DNA of 64,000 nucleotides from NCBI RefSeq assembly GCF_053078305.1, contig NZ_CP166879.1; one strand, 5' to 3'. Shown piece by piece: positions 21,593 to 31,551 of this stretch (position 1 is its first letter; each line of letters starts with the position of its first letter). The notes under the pieces were generated by a model. It saw only the letters and a program-made list of their open reading frames with translations, ran no database searches and was not told where the DNA came from. The position numbers and the translations under genes were made by a program.

Positions 21593-21670
21593 TCTCCACG
21601 TTTCTTCATTGATTAAAGCTTACTGCCAGCATGATTTTTATGCAGCCAGCATCATTTTGTTTACATCTTA

Positions 21671-21715
21671 ATGCGTGTTTTTGCATGTTTGTAATTTATG
21701 CGCAGAAACATGCAT
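21671..21715. promoter_or_regulatory. Candidate operator/promoter upstream of the SDR-PTS operon of the island
   Basis: aATGCGTGtttttGCATG and tATGCGCAgaaacATGCAt about 80-120 bp upstream of the SDR start; motif family shared with 13269..13314. Confidence 0.3.
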
Positions 21716-21936
21716 TGCCTATGGAGATCGTTAATATTTGAGAGATGAATCACATGATTTATTATATTTTCATATTAAACAATTGGTTGCATTGTTTTCA
21801 TTAATTTTGCGTATTGCTTTCCAGGATTCAAATATTTCTTGTTAATAGAATTATTAATGCGTGACTCTGCGCGAATAGAGGTTTTTGTGCGGTTTTGTGC
21901 GTGTTTGATTTTGGCGGGAAGTTAAACCAGAGAGGA

Positions 21937-21962
21937 TCCCGACCGGCGATTGCTGGTCGGGA
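21937..21962 (-). terminator. Candidate terminator hairpin downstream of dtpB
   Basis: tcccgacc-ggcgattgct-ggtcggga, 8 bp GC-rich stem 10 nt after the dtpB stop; weak U-tract. Confidence 0.3.
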
Positions 21963-21972
21963 GAATGGGAAA

Positions 21973-23445
21973 CTAGCTATGGCTTTCCGGCGTCGCAATC
22001 ATGCGTTTCAGCCACGGCACCATCAACAGCATCACTACTGCAACGCCCAGTGTGACCAGACCAATCTTACCAAACACGTTGGTATAGACAGGCAACGTCT
22101 CAAGCGGATCGGTAATGTTGTCTGGTACTGCTGTAAATGTTGCCACATAGCCGCCCAGCAAGAACGCAGCAGCCTGCGTCAGGAACCACATCCCAAGAAT
22201 AAAGCCCATCAAATGCTGCGGCACCAGGGCAGCAATCATCGCCAGGCCAAGGGCGCTAATAAACAGTTCACCCAGGCTCTGGAACAAGTAAACCAGCACG
22301 ATAAACCACGGCGATGTCAGTCCTTGTGCATCAGCAAACCACATTCCCGCAGCTGCAGCCGTCAAAAAGCCCAGCGAGCACATAAACATACCGAGAGTAA
22401 ATTTCATCGGCATCGAGAGATCTTTGCCTTTGTTACCCAAATGCGTGTAGATACCTGCCAGAATTGGGCTGGCGAGTACCACCCAGAACGGGTTAAGCGC
22501 CTGGAAGCTGACCGGGTTGATGGAAAAGCCGAGAATTTCATGATGCACGTTGTTGATGGCAAAGAAGTTCAGCGACGTTGGCATCTGGGCGTAGAGAATG
22601 TAAAACACTACCGCTTCGAGCATCAGGACAAAGGCAACAAACATTTTATTGCGCCCGGTTTTATCCAGCTTGAATGCCTGACGAAAGAAGATGATGGTGA
22701 CGACGATGGAGAGAACAATCAGCACCAGATTGGCGACTTCTACGTTGTGCATCAGCCATGCACAGACGAAGATCATCACCACGCTGCCAAGTAACACGTA
22801 CAACAGTTTGCTGAAGCTCATTGGCCGGAAGTCGGGTTCAGAACCAATGTCTTTCACCATTCCACGACAGGCGATGTAAACCAGTAATGCGATAATTAAC
22901 CCCGCCCCGCACAGGTTGTAGGTGACAGAATAGCCGAATCTATCAGCGATCACAGGGGCCAGCGATAACGCTATCAACGAGCCGATATTGATCGACATAT
23001 AGAACAGGGTGAATGCGCCATCAAGGCGCGGATCTTTCGGCGGATAGCACTTCGAAAGCAAGCTGGCTGGGTTAGCTTTAAACAGGCCGTTACCGACAGC
23101 GATAGTCCCCAGGGCGATGAAAATCAGGTCAGGCTTAAGTAGCGACATGCCGGTCATGAAGTAGCCAATCGCCAGCACAAGTGCTCCAAGAACGATGGTG
23201 CGTTTGGTCCCCAGCAGGTGGTCGCCGACATAGCCGCCAATGGAAATGAGGCCATAGACCAGCGCAGCAAAAGCACCAAAAGTGACAAAAGCCTGCTCTT
23301 GCGAGAATCCAAGCTGTTTAACGAAGAAAACCGCCAGTACGCCCTGCACGCCGTAGTAGCCGAATCGCTCCCATAACTCGACAAAAAAGATCATGAAAAA
23401 TGGGCGAGGTTGCTGCAGCATCCCCATGGGTGTTGTTGTATTCAT
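21973..23445 (-). CDS. dtpB: Dipeptide/tripeptide permease B (POT family)
   Basis: 490 aa; ...[34 protein letters not shown]... POT signature; K-12 synteny with uspA. Confidence 0.9.
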
Positions 23446-23702
23446 ATTTATTAACCTTCCAATACCATCCTGAAAAGTATGAACGCGTAAGGGATAACGC
23501 GCGAAAAAGTTTACATCTGTCAGAGATTCTTAATATTGATGCGGTGAATAGATTAATACACTATTACAACAGAAAATAACCAGCTGATCACACTAATGAT
23601 GGAAAATATGATGGTGTTAAATATTGTATTAGCTGGGGATTTTGATTGCGAACGCAGACCGTAGGCCAGATAAGGCGTTTACGCTAATCAGGTAACAAGG
23701 CG

Positions 23703-23737
23703 TGCCAAAAAGCAAAACGCCCGCATATGCGGGCGTT
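23703..23737 (-). terminator. Rho-independent terminator of uspA
   Basis: aacgcccgc-atat-gcgggcgtt hairpin followed on the minus strand by a U-run (ttgctttttgg); ~25 nt after the uspA stop. Confidence 0.6.
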
Positions 23738-23761
23738 CAGGAACACGTCGTGGAGGGAAGA

Positions 23762-24196
23762 TTATTCTTCTTCGTCGCGCAGCGGAACAATCAGCATATC
23801 AACGTGAACGGTGTTGATCAGCTGACGTGCGGAAGACATCAGTTTGCTCCAGAAGTCCTGGTGGTGACCACAAACCACTAGATCCATATCGTATTTCTTG
23901 ATTGCATCGACCAGAACCTGGCCCAGGTCGCCGCTGCCGCTCAGGGTTTCAGTGATTGGGTAGCCTGCATTAGTGGAAAGCTCGGTCAGCGCATGATGTG
24001 TCTCTTCAGAGATGCGTTTCTGCATATCACCAAGATTCACATCAATAAGCCCGGTATATAGGTCAGAGTAGTTTACATCTACGTGGATCAGAGAAACTTT
24101 CGCATTGTATGGGCGAGCCATAGAGACTGCTTTCTCTACCAGAACTTTGCTTTCCGGGGAGAGATCGACCGCGATGAGAATGTGTTTATAAGCCAT
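23762..24196 (-). CDS. uspA: Universal stress protein A
   Basis: 144 aa, [39 protein letters not shown]...; matches recalled UspA. Confidence 0.95.
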
Positions 24197-24586
24197 AGTG
24201 TTACTCCTTCCATAAAGTTGTCGATGACTGGCCAGCTAGCGTTTCTTGTGCCGTTACGTCACCCGCGTCCTGCGAACTACGTGCGCGGGGCTAACCCAGC
24301 CGTAAAGATTCAGTGTTAAGACCATCCTTACCTTATAGCGACCCGGATGATCCGTCAATCCGCCTTGCTTACCCGTTAGATAAACAAATTTTCGACATGA
24401 ATATATTGATAGTGGTTAACCTTCTGGAAAAAAAACAACCTGATCTCCTACACTATCTATAGAGCCGCTCGGATGTTGGTTACCACAAAAGCGGTTTCTC
24501 CAGGACCTGGTGTTAACTGATTGGCAGCGTATCGGGAGCGGTAGCCCCGGGGTGGAACTCCGCGGGCAGGTCGCCGGGGAGGAGGT

Positions 24587-24922
24587 ATGATAAGCACCGT
24601 CGCATTATTTTGGGCTTTATGTGTCGTTTGCATTGTTAACATGGCGCGCTATTTCTCATCACTACGCGCGTTGTTAGTGGTACTGCGTAACTGCGATCCA
24701 TTGCTCTATCAATATGTTGATGGAGGGGGCTTTTTTACCTCACATGGCCAACCCAACAAACAGGTGCGTCTCGTTTGGTATATCTATGCCCAACGTTATC
24801 GCGATCATCACGATGATGAGTTTATTCGCCGCTGTGAGCGGGTGCGTCGGCAGTTTATTCTGACCAGCGCATTGTGTGGTCTGGTGGTGGTCAGCCTGAT
24901 TGCCTTGATGATTTGGCATTAA
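24587..24922 (+). CDS. uspB: Universal stress protein B (small membrane protein)
   Basis: 111 aa, two hydrophobic segments; divergent from uspA as in K-12. Confidence 0.9.
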
Positions 24923-24992
24923 GCACTTCAGCAATAATAACGCATAAAAAAAGCGGGCCAGTAAACTGACCCGCTCATTTTGGTGCGTACGA

Positions 24993-26492
24993 TTACAGGA
25001 ACTGCAAGGAGAGCCAGTACAGCCCGCCGGAAAGCAGTACCGCAGCCGGAAGGGTAAACACCCAGGCCATCAGAATACTGGTTACGGTTTTACGCTGTAA
25101 GCCGCCACCATCTACCACCATCGTCCCCGCGACAGAAGAGGAGAGTACGTGAGTAGTGGAAACCGGCATCCCGGTATAACTCGCCAGGCCGATGGACACT
25201 GCCGCCGTCATCTGGGCAGACATCCCCTGAGCGTAGGTCATGCCTTTCTTACCGATTTTCTCACCGATAGTCGTTGCCACACGACGCCAGCCAATCATCG
25301 TACCGATACCTAACGCCAGCGCGACCGCCATGATGATCCACACCGGTGCATACTCGATGGTGCTAAGCATGTCGGACTTCAGTTTCTTCAACAGGCGCTG
25401 ATCGTCAGCACTCACACCAGGCATCTTCACCACTTTGTCGATAGTGTCAGAAACGCACAGCATAATGCGGCGCATCTGGCTACGTTGATCAAGCGACAGC
25501 TTGTCGTAGCTTTCCACATCGGTAGTCAACATGCCTTTCAGGCGGTTGAGCGCGTTAATGGTATTCGACGGATGGCAATGGAACTCCGCAGGTTGCGTTG
25601 CGCCAGCTTCCGGAGCCGGTACTAACTGATCAGCACCGGTAGCTTGTTTCAGCAGCGCAGGATGCTGCTCAAAGTAAGCTTCGACGTTGTTGATGGCATC
25701 ACGGGTACGGGTGATTTCGTAGCCAGTGGCATTCATGTTCACCACGAAGCCTGCTGGTGCGACACCAATCAATACCAACATAACCAGACCAATGCCTTTC
25801 TGACCATCGTTTGCGCCGTGCGAAAACGCCACGCCGATAGCGGAAAGGATCAGCGCGATACGCGTCCAGAACGGCGGCTTTTTCTTGCCGTCTTTCTTTT
25901 CACGCTCCGCTGGGGTCAGGTGGATACGGGCGCGTTTCTTGGTGCCGCTCCAGTAGCGACGCAGCAAGAAAATCAGACCGCCAGCAAACACCAGGCCGAC
26001 AATAGGGGAAACGATCAGAGAACCGAAAATACTTAATACTTTCGGGATATTGAGTGCATCCACCACTGACGTCCCGGTCATCAACGCATTGGTTAAACCA
26101 ATCCCGATGATCGCGCCAATCAGCGTATGAGAGCTGGATGCAGGTAAACCAAAGTACCAGGTACCCAGGTTCCAGATAATCGCCGCCAGCAACATAGAGA
26201 ACACCATGGCAAGGCCATGAGACGATCCCATATTAAGCAGCAGATCCGTCGGCAGCATATGCACAATGGCATAGGCAACACTCAGACCACCCAGCAAAAC
26301 ACCCAAAAAGTTGAACACCGCTGCCATAACCACGGCGAGCTGAGAACGCATCGCGCGGGTATAGATAACGGTTGCCACGGCGTTGGCTGTGTCATGGAAA
26401 CCATTGATGGCTTCGTAGAACAGCACAAAAGCCAGTGCAAGCAATAATAACAGCCCGGTATGCAAATCCAGGCCAGCAAACAAATGTAGCAT
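24993..26492 (-). CDS. pitA: Low-affinity inorganic phosphate transporter PitA
   Basis: 499 aa polytopic membrane protein with duplicated GANDGQKG / GTMVV repeats of the PiT family. Confidence 0.95.
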
Positions 26493-26723
26493 AGGACGTT
26501 ACGCCATTTTGAGGACATGAACGCGGCGCATTATCAGTGACTTTCGCGGCGCGGGCAAAGTGAAATATAGACTTTTTTTGATTTGCCTCCTGTATGGATT
26601 TCACTCAAAAAATAATTATCTTATATAATTCAGGCAAATACTTCCTTTTAGTAATATTGATGCTGGTGCGACCACTGAGGAATCTTTACAATTCACGCCC
26701 GTTTTTTCTAAGAGGAGCGCAAC

Positions 26724-27926
26724 GTGGAAAGGTTTGATGCCATTATTATAGGCGCTGGTGCGGCGGGTATGTTCTGTTCTGCGCTGGCAGGTCAGGCAGG
26801 ACGCCGGGTTCTGCTGATCGATAATGGTAAAAAACCAGGGCGCAAAATCCTTATGTCTGGCGGTGGGCGCTGCAACTTTACCAACCTTTATGTCGAACCA
26901 GGCGCTTATCTGAGCCAGAATCCGCATTTTTGTAAGTCTGCACTCGCGCGTTTTACCCAGTGGGATTTCATTGATCTGGTCAATAAACACGGCATCGCCT
27001 GGCACGAGAAAACGTTAGGGCAACTCTTCTGCGATGACTCCGCGCAGCAGATTGTCGACATGCTGGTGGATGAGTGCGAGAAGGGCAATGTGACCGTCAG
27101 ATTGCGTAGCGAAGTGCTGAGTGTGGCGAAGGATGATACAGGCTTCACGCTTGAACTGAACGGCATGACAGTCGGTTGTGAAAAGCTGGTCATCGCGACC
27201 GGCGGGCTGTCAATGCCGGGCCTGGGCGCGTCGCCGTTTGGTTATAAGATTGCCGAACAATTTGGCCTCAACGTGCTGCCGACCCGCGCGGGTCTGGTGC
27301 CATTCACTCTGCATAAACCGTTGCTCGAAGAGTTACAGGTGCTGGCGGGCGTGGCGGTGCCTTCCGTGATTACCGCTGAAAACGGCACCGTTTTCCGTGA
27401 GAACTTACTCTTCACCCATCGCGGCTTGTCTGGACCGGCGGTGTTGCAGATTTCCAGCTACTGGCAACCGGGTGAATTTGTCAGTATCAATCTGCTACCG
27501 GATGTGGACCTCGAAACCTTCCTGAATGAGCAGCGTAACGCACATCCGAATCAAAGCCTGAAAAACACACTGGCGGTTCATCTACCGAAGCGGTTGGTTG
27601 AACGCTTACAGCAACTCGGGCAAATCCCGGATGTCTCGCTAAAACAGCTCAACGTGCGTGACCAACAGGCACTGATTAGCACATTGACCGACTGGCGCGT
27701 ACAACCCAACGGCACTGAAGGCTATCGCACTGCCGAAGTGACGCTCGGCGGCGTGGACACTAACGAACTCTCTTCACGGACGATGGAAGCGCGCAAAGTG
27801 CCTGGGCTGTACTTTATCGGCGAAGTGATGGACGTTACCGGCTGGCTGGGGGGCTATAACTTCCAGTGGGCGTGGTCGAGTGCATGGGCTTGTGCGCAGG
27901 ATTTGATTGCAGCGAAGTCGTCCTGA
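26724..27926 (+). CDS. yhiN: FAD-dependent flavoprotein YhiN (HI0933 family)
   Basis: 400 aa; N-terminal dinucleotide-binding motif DAIIIGAGAAGMFCS. Confidence 0.85.
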   Translation: MERFDAIIIGAGAAGMFCSALAGQAGRRVLLIDNGKKPGRKILMSGGGRCNFTNLYVEPGAYLSQNPHFCKSALARFTQWDFIDLVNKHGIAWHEKTLGQLFCDDSAQQIVDMLVDECEKGNVTVRLRSEVLSVAKDDTGFTLELNGMTVGCEKLVIATGGLSMPGLGASPFGYKIAEQFGLNVLPTRAGLVPFTLHKPLLEELQVLAGVAVPSVITAENGTVFRENLLFTHRGLSGPAVLQISSYWQPGEFVSINLLPDVDLETFLNEQRNAHPNQSLKNTLAVHLPKRLVERLQQLGQIPDVSLKQLNVRDQQALISTLTDWRVQPNGTEGYRTAEVTLGGVDTNELSSRTMEARKVPGLYFIGEVMDVTGWLGGYNFQWAWSSAWACAQDLIAAKSS

Positions 27927-28243
27927 GCTATTTTTCCTAAAGATGAAAATTATTAGAGTCGCATTAAAAATGAGCTAATTTTGATAGTGGCTATCTTGTG
28001 ATTATTTTCTAATGAGCCCGTGAACTGAACCCCCCATGCTTAATATAAGGTGGAGGGAAAGGTGATTGAAAACTCACCCAGTGGGCTGATCTTTATAAAA
28101 TATGAACAGGTTGAAAAAAAAACAGTAGCTTTGCTGTTTTTTATACTTAACCACTATGCATTAATGCTGCGTTATTTCATTCTACCTAAGAAAAACCAGC
28201 GTTACGCAAATGGTCAACGCTGGTTTTATCCGGTACGTTGCAA

Positions 28244-29296
28244 TTATTTTTTAGCAGAACCCGCTTCTAATATTGAAACGATTGAGAACAACGTAAAGCA
28301 TACCGCTCCCAAACCGACCAGAACCCGCGAAGGAATAAAATATCCCATATCGGTCTGCGCCATTTCCGCAAGAAACGATGCCAGGAAAAGGCAAAACAGG
28401 CAGGTGAAGACGGGAATCATCGGTATTCTGTTGGCTAACGAACAGGTACGTCTCCAGACTAGTGCCAGTAGCCAGACTTTTGAGAATATGCTGTAACAGA
28501 TCATTCCGAGGCAAATGAGAATAATGCCGGGAGCCAGTCGGGCGCTTGCATCGGAGCTGACTAAGACGTATATGCCCTGCAGCACTGTGATTGAGCCGAG
28601 AAAAATAACCCAATAACACCACAGCCAGTGCTCTTTGGAAGAGAACGTATTACGTGTTTGATGGACGATTGTGGCAACAAGGCCAATTAGACAGGCACAG
28701 ATTGCGGTTAACCCGAGCAATACGTGACCGGCGACATAATGCGGAGTTATGTCGGCACTACGTAACAGCGTAATAGACCAAATGAAACCGAGCAGGGTGA
28801 GTAACACGGGAACGGCAATGAGGCAATTACCGATTAATGAAGAATAAGCCTGTACCGGTGTTCCGTCGCTCTTGCTCCCCGCTGCGTTTTTAGGAATGAG
28901 CAGAAAGTGACCGGATGACGCTGCCACCGTCGATACACAGGCGGCAATCATACCAACGCCGAAAATAACATGGCCGGCGACAAACTCGTCTGCCATCACA
29001 TCATTACCTGCTAACAGTGCCCAACCCCATATCATGGTGATAATTGACCCCGCATAGCCAATAATGGGGAACAATGTATTGTAAAACGTATTAACGCCGC
29101 GCGTGAGCTGCGAAATGATAATAAATGCGGTAGTGAATAATGCCAGGCATATGGCTGCCAGAGAAATGAGCACATGACCCGCGACGAAATATTCGCTTTG
29201 CCCTGAACTTTCCAGCACAAAGCCACCTAACGCGATACAAATCAAGCCCATAATTAAAGGGATTAATTTGAAAAGCCACCCGATATATATGTTCAC
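28244..29296 (-). CDS. yhiM: Inner-membrane protein YhiM (acid-resistance associated), GTG start
   Basis: Track ORF trimmed to GTG at 29296 giving 350 aa (VNIYIGWLFKLIPLIMGL...), preceded by GAGGAG RBS; repeated FVAGHV / YVAGHV membrane motifs. Confidence 0.8.
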   Translation of the reverse strand: MNIYIGWLFKLIPLIMGLICIALGGFVLESSGQSEYFVAGHVLISLAAICLALFTTAFIIISQLTRGVNTFYNTLFPIIGYAGSIITMIWGWALLAGNDVMADEFVAGHVIFGVGMIAACVSTVAASSGHFLLIPKNAAGSKSDGTPVQAYSSLIGNCLIAVPVLLTLLGFIWSITLLRSADITPHYVAGHVLLGLTAICACLIGLVATIVHQTRNTFSSKEHWLWCYWVIFLGSITVLQGIYVLVSSDASARLAPGIILICLGMICYSIFSKVWLLALVWRRTCSLANRIPMIPVFTCLFCLFLASFLAEMAQTDMGYFIPSRVLVGLGAVCFTLFSIVSILEAGSAKK

Positions 29297-29616
29297 TTTA
29301 AACTCCTCAGGTATCCCTGCTAATATTGAAATGTGCATTAATGATAATTTCAGCCTGTTAATACAATGACGAGATATCATTAAAGACAAATGCATAGCAT
29401 AACTATAGCGGAGTTTACTTTGCAGAGCGCTACTTTTCAGAGTTCAAAAGGCCATGATAAATAAATATTTATCCTAAGATTAATTCTTATTCTGTTGTTT
29501 TTTACAATTGTCTTCCAGGGAGGGATTCTTTTTCATTATTTGGTAAAAGACCGGATGGTCTCGGTGCTTAAAATCAGCGAGCATATACGCATTATTGCTT
29601 TATATCGTCAAAAAAT

Positions 29617-31290
29617 ATGTCTTTCAGACATGTATCATTTATTTTGTTACTAACAAGTCAAAAATATCACGGGTTATTTATGAAAGTATTTCACAATATA
29701 TTTAAGTACATCTCTTCAAACCATCAAGATAAGCATTCAGATAAAGTTAATAATCATCAACACCATGGCAAGGTTGATAAAAAACATCGTTCAGAGATAG
29801 TTGAAATTGATAAGCTGGATAAACATTCGCAAATAGATAACGATTTTGGCCTGCATATCATCTATTTCCTGCAACATGGCTGCTGGAACGTAACTGAACA
29901 TAGTCCTCAGATAGAGAAAATATGGTTTTACAATAGTGAGCCATCTATAGATATTAAAGAATATAATAGTTTCGCCGACAATACTACTGACACGTTTATC
30001 TTTACAATTATACCAGACAATAACCATGTGATAAAATTATCGTCTCCCATTACCGTTACGATTGAGCGTAAGGACGGTTATTATTTTATTAATTTCTCCG
30101 GGGATAAATCAGACATAATTTATAAAGTTGATGGGTTTTCTATCAAAGAGAGAAATTTCTTTACTCTTCTTAGTGGTAATTTCAAACCTGACTGGCGTTG
30201 GGCTGTCTCTAAAGAGACGTTTACTAAGGAAAAGTTTGATAGCTATGTTGAATCTGTTTTTTCAAAAATAGACTTTTATAAACAGTGTGGTGTGATTAAC
30301 CCACAAAATGCCAACACGGCTTATTTTGGCGATACAGATGGAAGAGTAGGCGCTGTACTTTATGCATTGCTCGTTTCAGGGCATATAGGCATCAGGGAAA
30401 AGGGGTGGAGTTTATTATGTGATTTATTGAAACACGAAGACATGGCTTCATTCGCATATGAAAATAAAAAATTGAAAAAACTCTTCACTTTATTAGATAA
30501 GAGAGACATGATCTTGAATGAGTTGCATCAACATGTTTTTTTAAAAGGCGATGCGATTACCCCTTGTATCTTCCTTGGGGATCATACAGGCGATAGATTC
30601 AGTACTATTTTTGGTGATAAATATATCCTTACTTTGCTAAATTCTATGCGAAATATGGAGGGTAATAAAGATAGTCGTATAAATAAAAATGTCGTTGTTC
30701 TGGCTGGAAATCATGAAATCAATTTTAATGGTAACTATAGTGCACGACTAGCAAATCATAAACTCTCTTCCGGTGATACATATAACTTAATTAAAACGCT
30801 CGATGTTTGTAATTATGACTCAGAAAGGCATGTTTTAACCAGTCATCACGGAGTAATAAGGGATGAAGAAAATAAATGTTATTGTCTCGGTGCTTTGCAG
30901 GTTCCATTTAATCAGATGAAAAATCCTACTGATCCTGAGGAATTAGCATATATATTTAATAAAAAACATAAACAACATATGGATGATCATCTTTTCCATC
31001 TAATTAGAAGCAATACTATGGCACCCACACCTGTATATGCTGATTATTTAAATAACACTACTGATTTCAGACCAGATCCTGAAGATATCTTCAAATGTGG
31101 ACAGACGCTCGAATGTGGCGACCCCCGCAAAAACATTAGACAAAAATATGGACATCATGGGTTAGGGGTAAATCAGAATCAACAATTTGATAATGGTGTT
31201 ATGGGGCTAAATTCCAGGATGGCAGTGTTTGATGAAAATAAAAAAATAATAGGTTCTTCCTCAGGGCTTAGTTGTTTTCAACCACATTAA
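29617..31290 (+). CDS. yhiL: DUF4049-family protein, YhiL-like (intact here); alternative start ATG 29680
   Basis: 557 aa AT-rich ORF paralogous to the downstream gene (shared YFGDTDGxVGAVLYAL, FLGDxTGDRFS, LAGNHE, HHG motifs); gene order predicts yhiL. Assignment by synteny. Confidence 0.55.
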   Translation: MSFRHVSFILLLTSQKYHGLFMKVFHNIFKYISSNHQDKHSDKVNNHQHHGKVDKKHRSEIVEIDKLDKHSQIDNDFGLHIIYFLQHGCWNVTEHSPQIEKIWFYNSEPSIDIKEYNSFADNTTDTFIFTIIPDNNHVIKLSSPITVTIERKDGYYFINFSGDKSDIIYKVDGFSIKERNFFTLLSGNFKPDWRWAVSKETFTKEKFDSYVESVFSKIDFYKQCGVINPQNANTAYFGDTDGRVGAVLYALLVSGHIGIREKGWSLLCDLLKHEDMASFAYENKKLKKLFTLLDKRDMILNELHQHVFLKGDAITPCIFLGDHTGDRFSTIFGDKYILTLLNSMRNMEGNKDSRINKNVVVLAGNHEINFNGNYSARLANHKLSSGDTYNLIKTLDVCNYDSERHVLTSHHGVIRDEENKCYCLGALQVPFNQMKNPTDPEELAYIFNKKHKQHMDDHLFHLIRSNTMAPTPVYADYLNNTTDFRPDPEDIFKCGQTLECGDPRKNIRQKYGHHGLGVNQNQQFDNGVMGLNSRMAVFDENKKIIGSSSGLSCFQPH

Positions 31291-31551
31291 AACTCAATGA
31301 GTGCTGTGGTATATCTTTTTAATGCTGCCAGTATTTCATAGGTTTTCTTAATCGATTGTAGAGGTATGTACTGATGACGCCTCTACAATCTTTAGGGACT
31401 TTCTCTACTATGAGATAAGAAATTTCATATTATGCTTTAAGGCTGAATGATTTGTGCAAAATATAATTATTTTTCCATCGAACATGAGGTGTTTGTCATA
31501 AGATTAAATGATAACTATGTATTCCTCGCGGTGAATTATATGAGGTAAAAG

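Noticed and set aside
13069-21972. Mobile-element signatures at the PTS island boundaries
   Set aside because: Looked for integrase or transposase ORFs, a flanking tRNA and terminal direct repeats; none seen, so the island is not called a mobile element.
21895-22794. 299-aa plus-strand ORF
   Set aside because: Antisense to the 3' half of dtpB; His/Gln/Arg-rich, no recognisable motifs and no RBS.
28050-28496. 148-aa plus-strand ORF
   Set aside because: Overlaps the 3' end of yhiM on the opposite strand; AT-rich chance ORF without an RBS.
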